From positions 576,001 to 640,000 of the forward strand of contig CAWBAT010000005.1 of NCBI GenBank assembly GCA_963786955.1: DNA of 64,000 nucleotides, given 5' to 3'. The notes under the pieces were generated by a model. It was not told the DNA's origin, did not search any database, and saw only the letters and a list, made by a program, of their open reading frames with translations. Position 1 is the stretch's first letter, and the number at the start of each line of letters is the position of its first letter. This DNA comes from an uncultured Acidimicrobiia bacterium. GTDB lineage: Bacteria; Acidobacteriota; Terriglobia; Versatilivoradales; Versatilivoraceae. Below, piece after piece: positions 1 through 9,348 of this stretch. The position numbers and the translations under genes are program-made.

Positions 1-245
1 ATACCGCTATGGATATGGCAGCTGCCATGGGCATCGAGATTTTAACGGAAGAACAATATCGAGAGTTGCAGAAACTTGGAAATTTCGATACGAAAACGTC
101 GAGCTGGTTGAAAACACCTTCTGAAATTAGAAAACTCGGCGGCGCCATCTTTGCCGATCGTCGCTACGACCATGTCTTCGTGTATCACAACGGTGCGGCC
201 TCTTACTATGGCGTCAGGGGGTTCCGTGGCTCGCTAAGGGTCTAA
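1..245 (+). CDS. DUF4256-family protein, 5' part outside window
   Basis: C-terminal motifs LTEEQYRELQ, DTKTSSW, GGAIFADRRY, YHNGAxSYYxxRGFRG recognised as DUF4256. Confidence 0.8.
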   Translation, partial: TAMDMAAAMGIEILTEEQYRELQKLGNFDTKTSSWLKTPSEIRKLGGAIFADRRYDHVFVYHNGAASYYGVRGFRGSLRV

Positions 246-403
246 ATTTTGCACAGACAGCTAAATTTGAATTGAGAACGGATCACGCAAAAGAGAGGAA
301 TGCAAAAGACAAGGTCTTGTCCGTAAACATCGGCTGGCAACTTGAAGCGCGCACTGGCGCCGCGCGCTTCTCTCAACTCGCCTTGTCCAAGGAGGTAGGT
401 CCT

Positions 404-646
404 ATGCCCGGTAAAGCGTCCAAGTCGAAAGCATTCGTCAAGCTCCACGCGGACGGGAGCGTATGGGCTCGCGGTCAAACAGTGGATGGCGTTCCCACAG
501 GATATTGGGAGTGGTTTCGCAAGGACGGAGTGCGAATGCGTTCAGGCTATTTCGAGTCTGGAGAACAAGTTGATCAATGGACGACGTACGACAAGCGTGG
601 CGCGGTATACAAAGTGACCAACATGAAGCCGAAAGTAAAGGCCTGA
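404..646 (+). CDS. small MORN-variant/YwqK-like repeat protein
   Basis: AAGGAGG RBS before ATG 404; GYWEWFRKDG..MRSGYF..GEQVDQWTTY repeats. Confidence 0.7.
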   Translation: MPGKASKSKAFVKLHADGSVWARGQTVDGVPTGYWEWFRKDGVRMRSGYFESGEQVDQWTTYDKRGAVYKVTNMKPKVKA

Positions 647-830
647 AGATCCCAGGCCACATTCAGCGGTTGCTATGAGATCGATCCGGCGCATCAGCTT
701 TTTGAAGAAGAGAGGCCCTTCCCCAGCGCCTCTGCTAAACCGGCAGTCTGACACAGCGTAGATCACCGGTACTGTCTCGAGGCCATCGCAGCCTTCGAAT
801 TGTTCACGCGCCGTTGATAGGATCGTTTCC

Positions 831-901
831 GTCAAACACGCCTTGCAGCCGACGGTTCCCGCGCACCTGTCCCGGCAAAGGTTATCGGCAGATCGTTAGG
901 C
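831..901 (+). mobile_element. degenerate attC-like site
   Basis: GTCAAAC-ACGCCTTGCAGCCGAC...GATC-GTTAGGC; right core matches GTTRRRY, left core one mismatch from RYYYAAC. Confidence 0.55.
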
Positions 902-1128
902 CATGACTTTCACACTGCCACGGTGATATGATTTTCCTTGTTGAGTCCAACCCTCTTTCGGGACAGAGGCTTCCGTTTCCAGTTATTCTCCCGTGAAGAA
1001 GCACGCTGCAATTGCAGGTTCACAGTCCCAAAAGTGAAACTAAATTCTGGCTAGAACTCAAGATCGAGCTGACTCAGAACTACGGGTTAAACTTGACCGT
1101 TCTATTGAATCAGCGAATGCGGAAGTTG

Positions 1129-2382
1129 ATGCCACAGATCGGCGAGAGTTGGCTAACGAGCCCTACAGTGACGAGACCGACCTATGCGGAGAGCGTGCTC
1201 CCGGCCGGGGCTGCAAACGCGGTGTCGTTGCCATCTGTCTGGGTGCGCAGTCCAGCTTGGGACGGGTTCTGGATGCTGAGTGCGCTCTGGCTGGCGCCGA
1301 TCATCCTGTGGCTTTGCCATGGGTATTCCAACCCGGAGGACAGCCCGCTCGATCTGCTTTACTTCGGCCTAACCGCGCTGTTCTGGATCGGTCATCGCCT
1401 GTCCAGCACATACCTCGCTTATTGCACAGAGGCCTATCGGCCTCTGTTGCGATCGCAGCCGGTCCGGTTCGTCGTCCTCCCGTTGCTAGTAACGGCCGGG
1501 TGCTTTGCTGTCTTTCTTCCGTCGGACACGGCGTTACCATGGAGTCGCGAAGACCGTTTGGTGGCGGTTGCAATCCTCGATTACGTTTTTGTGACGTATC
1601 ACTTTGCCGCACAGCATTTCGGCGCCCTCTCGCTCTACCGCACGCGGGTCGGTCGCAACACCTGCACTTATACAAGAAATATGGACCGGCTCTTCGCGCT
1701 GGGCGTCGGTGGCGTTCTCGTCTTCCTGGCAGACATCCTGGCTGGAGCGGTCGCCTATCAGGACCAATGGGTCGATCGGTGGGTTTTCCCCGCCTGGCTT
1801 GTTTCGGCGCAGGAGGGAATCCGCGCAGGCGCTACAATCACCCTGCTCGCCGCAACAGCTGCAATGCTTTTTGTAGAACTGCGCTCGCCGCGATGGTCGC
1901 TCCCGCGCCTGCTTTACGTTCTGGGAATCGCGGCCATGGTCGCCCTTGCTCTCCGCCCGCGGAGTCTGTTTCTTTTCCTGGTAATCTGGACTTCGCAGCA
2001 CTGGATTCTCGCGACGGGGCTCGCTTCCCAAACGCCGATCGGTGAGCCGGCTCCCGTGCGCGGTGTTGGACGGCGGGTGCTCCACGCATTGAACACGCGG
2101 CCGTGGGCCATTTTGGCGCTCCTTGTGGTTGCGTCGGTCATGCTCTTGCCCCTCTTCGAAGTCGAAGCGATCGGGCAGAATGGAACATATTATGGGGAAC
2201 GGATATTCGGCGCTATCGCGACGGGATTGCGTACGTCTTCATGGGTTCCTGCACTCCTGGCCCTCGGCTTCGCGACCGGGTTCATCCACTATCTTCTCGA
2301 CCGGAGCGTCTATCGAATGTCAAGCCCCCAAATCCGCACCGCGGCTCGTGGTCTTCTCGCCGGGACCGGCAAAACAGTATGA
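1129..2382 (+). CDS. multi-pass membrane protein with conserved His motifs, function unknown
   Basis: many hydrophobic segments; HRLSSTY, YHFAAQHFG, QHW, HYLLDR motifs; start uncertain. Confidence 0.7.
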   Translation: MPQIGESWLTSPTVTRPTYAESVLPAGAANAVSLPSVWVRSPAWDGFWMLSALWLAPIILWLCHGYSNPEDSPLDLLYFGLTALFWIGHRLSSTYLAYCTEAYRPLLRSQPVRFVVLPLLVTAGCFAVFLPSDTALPWSREDRLVAVAILDYVFVTYHFAAQHFGALSLYRTRVGRNTCTYTRNMDRLFALGVGGVLVFLADILAGAVAYQDQWVDRWVFPAWLVSAQEGIRAGATITLLAATAAMLFVELRSPRWSLPRLLYVLGIAAMVALALRPRSLFLFLVIWTSQHWILATGLASQTPIGEPAPVRGVGRRVLHALNTRPWAILALLVVASVMLLPLFEVEAIGQNGTYYGERIFGAIATGLRTSSWVPALLALGFATGFIHYLLDRSVYRMSSPQIRTAARGLLAGTGKTV

Positions 2383-2450
2383 CGCAGAAAAATCACGAGC
2401 AAACCGGAGAAGTTGATAAGAAGAAGAGCTTGAACTGCCTCGCGCCAGCG

Positions 2451-2556
2451 GTCTAACGAAAACGTGCACGCCGATCGCTACAAAAGCGCTGCGGCTGCGC
2501 TGGCAATCCATCAGGCCGCGTCCGAGGCAGTCGTCTGCGAAGCGCGAGTGTTAATG
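2451..2556 (+). mobile_element. possible highly degenerate attC-like site
   Basis: perfect GTCTAAC left core; only imperfect GTTAATG right core. Confidence 0.25.
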
Positions 2557-3087
2557 AGGAGTATCCGCTATGGAGCACGACACAGGCGCATCATCGCTGC
2601 CACCGGAACTTGTGCTCATCTTCCCGGCTGCGTTGTCTGCGTGTCAGCGGTTATCATGCGCCACCTTGCAGCCGCTGCACTGCGAGCCGGCGCGTACCTG
2701 CACTTCAGCAGATTGTCACGTGGTATTCGGCTCGGTATTGGACGCTCTGGGTACTTCTGATCGGCCTTACACAGTTTTTCCTGCGATGCTCGCCGGATGC
2801 GTGAAGTTGATTCGGAACTGGACCGCGTTCCTGACCCGCGGACGGGCCGCTACGGACAACCGTCGGTTGCGATCCTCTCGGACCCTGCGACACGAATTAT
2901 CACAGTAGCAATACCTGGCGGCGGGGGCGATCCTCCGGCGCCGTTGTCGCCTGCACATGCTTGCGGACTGACGGAGTCGTAAGCTTCACGCCTCGGAAAC
3001 AACTAATCCTGCCGAAGGGAGTGCCGCTCCTTTGCTCAAGTCCTGCTCCTCAAGATGCGAGTTACGTTCCAAGCTGCTCCGAGAGGA

Positions 3088-3300
3088 GGTTCTGGGTGCT
3101 TTCAGCAACCTTCCTTGAGTAGCAAGATAAGTCAAATATTGGGCGATGCCTGACTCGCGCAAGGTGCTGGGGTAGCGCTTGTCATGAAATAGAACGAATC
3201 GCTTGGACCAATGGACATACGCCTGCTCGGTGCGGGTACTTCAGTGCCATGTTCTGAAGATCCCCCTCATTTGATCAAGGAGTTTGAGATTTTCATCCAT
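3088..3300 (-). pseudogene. intI: integron integrase N-terminal (SAM-like) domain remnant
   Basis: hand translation MDENLKLLDQMRGIFRTWH*STRTEQAYVHWSKRFVLFHDKRYP...YLTYLATQG/KVAESTQN matches the IntI consensus KLLDQ..HYSxRTEQAYVxWxxRFxxFH..VAxSTQN; in-frame TGA at 3241-3243, a frameshift, no catalytic domain. Confidence 0.88.
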
Positions 3301-3479
3301 AGTTGCTCGAATTAGACAGAATTCTGAACATGGGAATCGATGGGATTGTTTCTGTCTACAATAATGAGCTTAAAATAGAAATATCTTCTGATATTTTTTG
3401 ACTTAAGAAAGTGATTGGCCAATACTGCAGAAGGCAATTAAAGAGAAAACTCGCGAATATTGCAAAGTGCGATATTCAC

Positions 3480-3498
3480 CTTAATCATTAGTTAGAGC
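3480..3498 (+). mobile_element. putative attI site
   Basis: CTTAATCATTAGTTAGAGC at the end of the AT-rich spacer upstream of the divergent intI, just before the first cassette-like gene. Confidence 0.5.
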
Positions 3499-3510
3499 CT
3501 CGGAACCAGC

Positions 3511-4195
3511 GTGGGCCGCCGCTACGGGCGCAGTCGAAACGGGGAGGACGCAGTATGGGGCTTGAAGAATCGGTTGAGGTCACGGGCTAAAGTGCCAGCG
3601 CGGCTTGAGGGTGATGCGCTAGCGGCCGAAATCGAGTGCTGCAAGGCGGCCGCCGTAAGAAGCGGAATACCGCAGAAGGTAGTCAAGTTCTATGGCGACG
3701 GCTTGAAGTATTTTCGCGCTTGGTGGGCGAGCCCAGAGAATAGACGTTGGGTGACTCCAGGTGTCAAGATCGTCGACGTTGGGTCGTGGGATAACGGGTT
3801 CACTTTCGAATATGCGGGACCGCTGCCGCTTTGTTTTCAAGTCCAGACAGCAGGCATATTCCGACGGCGACGGCATCCCGAAGACGTTGACCTCTGGGTT
3901 GAGCGACGGTATCGTTTGCGAAATCGACTGCATCGAATGTCCGGACCAGCACACCAGTGGATTGGATTTCGAAACGCAGACAGGATTAATCGCAGGCCCA
4001 GAAACTGAATTGCTCGGCAAACTCGCCGACGAAGGTCAAGCTCACGCTAAGGAGATGTCGAGGATCAGTGGAGCCGAATCAAGCGCAAGTTGGCGGAAGA
4101 CTCGCGAACGAAGTTTGGTGTCTGATGGTTCCAGTGCGGGCGAAGCCGCCGCGCATCAGCGTTCAGGGTCACGAAAGGACCTTGATTCTGACTAG
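3511..4195 (+). pseudogene. probable frameshifted cassette gene of unknown function
   Basis: GGAGG-ATG at about 3554 and protein-like stretches in overlapping frames (ORFs 3511-4008 and 3761-4195). Confidence 0.35.
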
Positions 4196-4228
4196 CGCCA
4201 TCGTCCTCCGCAGAGACTGAACACACTG

Positions 4229-4762
4229 ATGGCCGCAGTCATTGTCAAATCGTTGGATGAACTCTTTGCGGCGCTCGCGGCTGCGCGCGCCGCAAGGTCG
4301 ATCCGACTGCTTGGCATGGATGGCGAGAACGGCGTCGGGAAGACGACTCTTGCGACGGCGCTCGGTCCAGGGATTCTCGCAAAGACAATCCACCTGGACT
4401 CGCTTCTTGAAAAGGACAAAGGTGGGTTCACGGACTTCATCGACGTAGTACACCTCGCGAAGGAAGTTGAGGAGGCGCTCGCGTCGTCGACCCTCGTCGT
4501 CGTAGAGGGGGTGTGCCTTCTTGCCGTATTGAACGGATAGGCGGCACCCTGACGCACTGATCATGTTCGTCGCGTCGCGTCGTCACGGACACTGGTACAG
4601 CAAGGAGCTTCTTGATGAGATCCCGAGGACGGCGATCCAGAAGAAAGGCTCCGAAGGCGTAATCCTCCACCTTTGGTGATGGAGATCGTCCGGTATCACA
4701 AGGCCTTCTGCCCCGTCTCGCTCGCGGACATCTTGTTCGACGGGTGCAGATCCGATGATTGA
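4229..4762 (+). pseudogene. P-loop nucleoside/nucleotide kinase-like cassette gene, disrupted
   Basis: Walker A GENGVGKTT and Walker B VVVEG; stop at 4540, protein-like text continues in other frames (EIVRYHKAFCP..ADILF) up to the attC. Confidence 0.6.
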
Positions 4763-4768
4763 GCGGCT

Positions 4769-4826
4769 AGCTAACCCTTCATTGCCACGGATTTCCTTCG
4801 GCAACCGCTGAACTCAAACAATAGGC
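4769..4826 (+). mobile_element. attC-like site, right core mutated
   Basis: AGCTAAC-CCTTCATTGCCACGG..CCTTCGGCAACCGCTGAACTCAAAC-AATAGGC; short 59-base-element layout with GTT changed to AAT. Confidence 0.65.
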
Positions 4827-4891
4827 GTCATGGTCGACACTGCCGCCATTTCAAGTCCTAGTCGAAATCGTCATTGACGGAGGCCTAACCA

Positions 4892-5334
4892 ATGCCACGA
4901 GTAAGCACCTATCTGAACTTTTCTCGCTCCACGGAAAAAGCATTTGTCTTCTACCAATCTGTTTTCGGGAGGGAGTTCGCTGGTCCCATTCACCGATTCG
5001 GCGCAGTTCCTGCGGCGCCAGGGCAGCCACCGTTAGCCGAGTCCGACAAGAAGCCTCGTCATGCCACATCGAACTCCCAATCCTTGGCGGCCATGTTTTG
5101 ATGGGCACTGATGCTCCAGAGTACTATGGGCTTCTCGTTGACACAGGGCAATAACGTCTAAATCAATATTGAGCCGGATACCCGCGCTGAGACAGACAAA
5201 CTTTTCAATGCCCTATCTGATCAACGGGAAAGTCGAGATGCCCTTGCAGGACATGTTCTGGGGAGGCTACTTCGGCAGCCTTACCGATACAGTTCGGGAT
5301 CCGCTGGATGTTCAACTGCGCCAGTAAGACCTAA
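4892..5334 (+). pseudogene. VOC/PhnB-family protein, disrupted
   Basis: STYLNF, FYQSVFG, IELPILGGHVLMGTD, MPLQDMFWGGYFGSL, FGIRWMFN spread over several frames with an internal stop. Confidence 0.8.
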
Positions 5335-5360
5335 GTGCCCCACGTGCTATAGAGTTTGGA

Positions 5361-5510
5361 ATGACGAATTCAAAACAAATCGCGGGATTGATCGGTCCAA
5401 CTATTATTGGTATTGCGCTCACTATATCCGAAGCGATGAATCTTCAGATCTGGGCGAACAATATCGCTCCTGTCACTTATCTCATCAGTGCCTGGATTAA
5501 ATGGAATTGA
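5361..5510 (+). pseudogene. truncated membrane protein fragment
   Basis: MTNSKQIAGLIGPTIIGIALTISEAMNLQIW.. ends abruptly; approximate end. Confidence 0.35.
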
Positions 5511-5533
5511 GTTTTGGGGAGCATAACGTGCAA

Positions 5534-5911
5534 ATGAAATCTATCTGGGCCGTGGTTGCGGGCGTGATCTTCATCCTCGTTTCCACGACCCTTGTCGACA
5601 TCGCTCTTCACGTAACCGGCGTCTTCCCGCCTATGGACCAGCCGATCAACGACGCCCTCGCCCTGCTTGCAACCTCCTATCGCATCGCCATCAGCGTCTC
5701 CGGCGCCGGGCTTACAGCCCGGCTGGCACCGGATAAGCCCATGAAGCACGCGATGATCCTTGGCTATATGGGCATTGTCTTGGGCCTTGTGGGCGTCGTA
5801 GCAACCTGGAACTTGGGGCTCGGACCCAGGTGGTACCCGATCTCGCTCGTCGCGCTGGCGATACCGCAATGCTGGGCTAGTGGCAGGATCTACGAGATGC
5901 AGGCGGGCTAG
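5534..5911 (+). CDS. small four-TM membrane protein (cassette gene)
   Basis: four hydrophobic helices, GPRWYP motif; followed by attC. Confidence 0.75.
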   Translation: MKSIWAVVAGVIFILVSTTLVDIALHVTGVFPPMDQPINDALALLATSYRIAISVSGAGLTARLAPDKPMKHAMILGYMGIVLGLVGVVATWNLGLGPRWYPISLVALAIPQCWASGRIYEMQAG

Positions 5912-5955
5912 CGCTGAAGGTTGATTTTGATTCAGCGAATCGGCGACGGGGTGCC

Positions 5956-6020
5956 GCATAACAAGCCGTTGTAGACTGACGGGCGCTGCGCGCCCGCAGC
6001 TTAACGGCGGGAGGTTAGGC
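5956..6020 (+). mobile_element. attC site
   Basis: GCATAAC-AAGCCGTTG..GGGCGCTGCGCGCCC..TTAACGGCGG-GTTAGGC; both cores and inner complementary boxes present. Confidence 0.8.
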
Positions 6021-6184
6021 CGATCAGATACCCAATATTGATCATTACGGCAGTGACGACCTTGTGCGTGCAACCGCTTATCGATTATTTTGTCTGAGAC
6101 GGGAGTGACTTCTGGAGATGTCGGCATCTAGACGGCTTAGGGATCTTGGGTCAGGTAGCTGACCTCACGACAAAGGCACTGGAG

Positions 6185-6940
6185 ATGGATACACTCACGG
6201 GTAAAGTAGCGATCATTACGGGCGGAGCGTCCGGCATCGGCAAGGCAGCGGCGGAGGTGTTGGCCGAGGCCAATCTGTCCGGCTTGACCATTGCGGACAT
6301 CGACGGAAAGGCGGCTGAGGAAGTCGCGACCGAGATCTGCCGCCGATTCGATACGGAGGCCATTGGCGTCGCCACAAACGTCGCTGTGGCCGCCGAAGTC
6401 GAGGCGATGTGCACCCTGACATTGGAGCATTTCCACCGGATCGATATTCTCGTGAACAACGCCGGCATTGCTCCGGTGGTCCCGTGGGCGGATGTGACGG
6501 AGGCCAACTGGCGGCACGTGCTGGATATCAATTTAAACGGGGCGTTGCTCTGTATGCTGGCCGTATTGCCGACCATGCAACGACAGCAGGCCGGCCGCAT
6601 TGTCAATATCTCCTCCGCCGGAGCGTTTCTCGGAAGTATCTGCGCACATCCCGCCTATGGCGTCGCGAAGGCGGGCCTGATCGCCCTGACCAAATCCGCG
6701 GCCAAGGCGTTTGCCACGGACGGCATCCTGGTCAATGCCGTCGCCCCGGGAAGTATTGACACGCCGATGGCCCAAAGCTTCGGCGAGGCGCAAGTGGAGG
6801 CATTTCGCCAAGCTGCCCCCCTGAAGCGCCAGGGTAGCCCGCGTGAAATTGCGGATGCTGTCTGGTATCTCGTGTCGGATCGATCCACTTATGTGACCGG
6901 CGCGACGTTGCATGTCAATGGGGGCTCGTTGTTAGTCTAA
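6185..6940 (+). CDS. SDR oxidoreductase (FabG-like)
   Basis: TGGASGIG, NNAG, YGVAK, VNAVAPG motifs. Confidence 0.9.
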   Translation: MDTLTGKVAIITGGASGIGKAAAEVLAEANLSGLTIADIDGKAAEEVATEICRRFDTEAIGVATNVAVAAEVEAMCTLTLEHFHRIDILVNNAGIAPVVPWADVTEANWRHVLDINLNGALLCMLAVLPTMQRQQAGRIVNISSAGAFLGSICAHPAYGVAKAGLIALTKSAAKAFATDGILVNAVAPGSIDTPMAQSFGEAQVEAFRQAAPLKRQGSPREIADAVWYLVSDRSTYVTGATLHVNGGSLLV

Positions 6941-7068
6941 TCAGTCCTGAACCCCATGGGATTCGGAGTCCACTGCATGTCAGGCCGGGCCTGGTGTGGA
7001 GTACGGTCGGGATTAAGAAGGCACACAATGTTCAGCAGGTCAGTCCGAGAGTGACCAAGGAGAGATCG

Positions 7069-7467
7069 ATGTCTAAATACGCTCAGTGCATTATTGAACC
7101 AGAGACCTTTCCCCTGTGGGAAGCACCGGATGTGTCGCGCTGTGTGACGCCGCTGATCACACCGGCGTCATGTGGATCCAAACAGATGGCGACGGGGCTG
7201 TGGCGACTATATCCCGGCCATGAATCGGATCCGGACATCCACCCTGATGCGGACGAGATTTACTACGTCGTCAGTGGCGAGGGGACACTCGTGTTGGGGG
7301 AGGAAACTTACACTGTGCGGAAGGGTATGACCGTCTTCATCCCCGCCAACGTGCCGCATCAGTCCTTCAACCGCGGAAAGGAAGATCTGGTCTATTACTT
7401 CGTCTTCGCCCCTCCGCCAAGTGGTCCTTCAAAGCAGGAGGCCCAGGGCTGGGTGAAATTGCGGTAG
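7069..7467 (+). CDS. cupin domain protein
   Basis: AAGGAG RBS; HPDADEIYYVVSGEG...IPANVPH cupin motifs. Confidence 0.85.
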   Translation: MSKYAQCIIEPETFPLWEAPDVSRCVTPLITPASCGSKQMATGLWRLYPGHESDPDIHPDADEIYYVVSGEGTLVLGEETYTVRKGMTVFIPANVPHQSFNRGKEDLVYYFVFAPPPSGPSKQEAQGWVKLR

Positions 7468-7550
7468 GACGGGTGGCGGACAACCGGGAGATCGGCCTAT
7501 CCACCGCAACAGCCGATCTTCTCACTGCTTATTATTTCATGGTAACCGCT

Positions 7551-7958
7551 ATGTTCTTCAAAGACCTGAGCACCTGTGCCTACTTCGCCCGCGGCGTCAA
7601 CGTGCGGGCAATCGGTTGGCTGGAGGATGGTCACCCCTACCGCCAGGGCGAAGTGTCCGCCGAGTTCCTGGCCGTGCTCAAGGCGCAAATCGCCATTGCG
7701 TACCAGGCCGTTCACTTTTTGGGCTCCCATAGTTGCAGCTTGTGCCCGAAGGGCCAAGAGCGCACCGGCTTTCGCAACTTGTTGGTTCCCACCGGTGAAC
7801 TGCTGTATGTAGCGCCGGAGTTGGTGGTCCACTACATCGAGGGCCACGACTATCAGCCCCCTGAGGAATTTATGGTCGCGGTGATGGCTTGCCCGGAGCA
7901 GAATTCGGCCGCATTCCTGCAGTTGCTTCAGCCATTCGAGTACAGTTGGACAGTATAG
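7551..7958 (+). CDS. conserved hypothetical protein with possible metal site (cassette gene)
   Basis: AIGWL, GSHSCSLC, YVAPELVVHYI..HDYQPP motifs; followed by attC. Confidence 0.7.
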   Translation: MFFKDLSTCAYFARGVNVRAIGWLEDGHPYRQGEVSAEFLAVLKAQIAIAYQAVHFLGSHSCSLCPKGQERTGFRNLLVPTGELLYVAPELVVHYIEGHDYQPPEEFMVAVMACPEQNSAAFLQLLQPFEYSWTV

Positions 7959-7959
7959 C

Positions 7960-8028
7960 GCTTAACAATTCGCTTGAGCGGATGCATGCCAAACACGGCG
8001 ACCACCGCTCAGTTCAAGGTCGCTAGAC
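7960..8028 (+). mobile_element. attC-like site
   Basis: GCTTAAC directly after the stop codon; TGAGCGG/CCGCTCA inner inverted pair; right core GCTAGAC (GTT changed to GCT). Confidence 0.7.
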
Positions 8029-8051
8029 TGCTTTAATGGACAAGAGCCAGG

Positions 8052-8240
8052 ATGCCAGTTGACCGTTTCAACCGACGGCTGAGTTACCTCTCTCTCTTTA
8101 TCACTCCGTTCCTCGTGTTCGTCGTGGGGGCCGTGCGCGCGCTGCGCATCTCAGGGGTGTATCACTCCCTTGAAGCAGTACTGATCACTGCTATCTCCGT
8201 GTCAGCGTGGAAACTTGACGGGTGGCGAAGACATGTGCGG
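8052..8240 (+). pseudogene. membrane cassette gene truncated by a MITE
   Basis: hydrophobic N-terminus directly after attC; ORF runs into the MITE at 8241. Confidence 0.45.
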
Positions 8241-8492
8241 TTAGCCCGGATTTCTCACCACCGGGGGAAAACAGAAACAGTAGAGTAGCGAAACCATTTG
8301 AATTCAGAGCTCCTTGGCAACGTAGGGAACGCTGCGGCGAGCGTTCCCTACAAACAGTTCGACAATTTCTTTCCACCGTTCTTTTTCCTTGGGAAGAGGA
8401 ACACAATAATGAATTATCGGCTCCCCTCGCCCCAACGCGGGAGAGGGGCTGGGGGGGGAAATGCGGCGCTGGTGACGAGAAATTTGGATTAG
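8241..8492 (+). mobile_element. MITE copy A with internal REP-like hairpins
   Basis: ends TAGCCCGGATTTCTCA / GAGAAATTTGGATTA; internal GTAGGGAACGC..GCGTTCCCTAC palindrome; reverse complement of 12338-12611. Confidence 0.8.
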
Positions 8493-8877
8493 CATGTCTT
8501 CGAATCTATTGACTCACTTCGAGATTTTTTGTGATGGCAGAACTACTGGCCGGAAAACATGGCGGTGCGCTGCTCGAGGATGTCGGGTCCTCCAGAAACC
8601 GCTTATCCAGGGCTTCTTGAGGGAGAAAGAGTGTTTTAATCCTTGAAAAACTTTCTTTTGGAATCGATCTTTCTATCCGCAATCTCTCTAACCTGGCCCG
8701 ACTCCGTCGTATCTCTTATTCCCCCTCTTCCCCGCCGCTTACCTTCTCCCCCGATAACTCCAATAGAATCTGACCCACATTTCTGGTGTTTTTCAAACGG
8801 TGCACTTTCAGACTTGCTTATCCTTTGGTTCACTGATGCCGAAATGAATGGGGAAACCAGTTGGAGCTCCACCCCTT

Positions 8878-9183
8878 ATGAATATTGATACTCACGCCAT
8901 CCCCCGCAGAGGGCCGCGATTTGAAATCAAGCTGCCGGTCACGGTCAGTGGAATTACCAAGGACGGACACTATTTTAGGCGGCCTGCCGAAACCCTCAAT
9001 GGAAGCACAGAAGGCATGGGATTGCTTTTGGACCAAGAGTTGGATCCCTTTGCCGCCCTGGTCATTTCCATTTCGCGCAACGAACAGGTCCTTCAAATTC
9101 AATCCGAAGTTCGTCACGTTACACCCTTTGACAAGCAGAGGAATCTGGTCGGCGTCAAATTCAGGAAGATGGCGTTTGTTTAA
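8878..9183 (+). CDS. PilZ-domain protein
   Basis: RRGPR (RxxxR) and NGSTEG (D/NxSxxG) c-di-GMP motifs. Confidence 0.8.
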   Translation: MNIDTHAIPRRGPRFEIKLPVTVSGITKDGHYFRRPAETLNGSTEGMGLLLDQELDPFAALVISISRNEQVLQIQSEVRHVTPFDKQRNLVGVKFRKMAFV

Positions 9184-9348
9184 GGCTGATGGATCCTTAT
9201 ATTACCGCGACACATTCAACCATAAATCTTCGTGGCTACCAGTTCTTCATTCCAGGAGCATCGTCTGGTAGAGAATGAGATAAAATCATCCGAATCATTG
9301 CAAAGCCGCTATACTGCCTCATGATTTGACAAGGATCTAAGGATCCAT

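Noticed and set aside
1149-2045. Long overlapping and antisense ORFs (also 5477-6127, 26049-26759, 40680-41405)
   Set aside because: Shadows of real GC-rich genes with no recognisable motifs
3241-3243. TGA in intI as selenocysteine
   Set aside because: It aligns to a conserved Tyr, and the gene is also frameshifted and truncated
3301-3480. LexA box in the intI promoter
   Set aside because: No convincing CTGT-N8-ACAG or GTTC-N7-GTTC match found by eye
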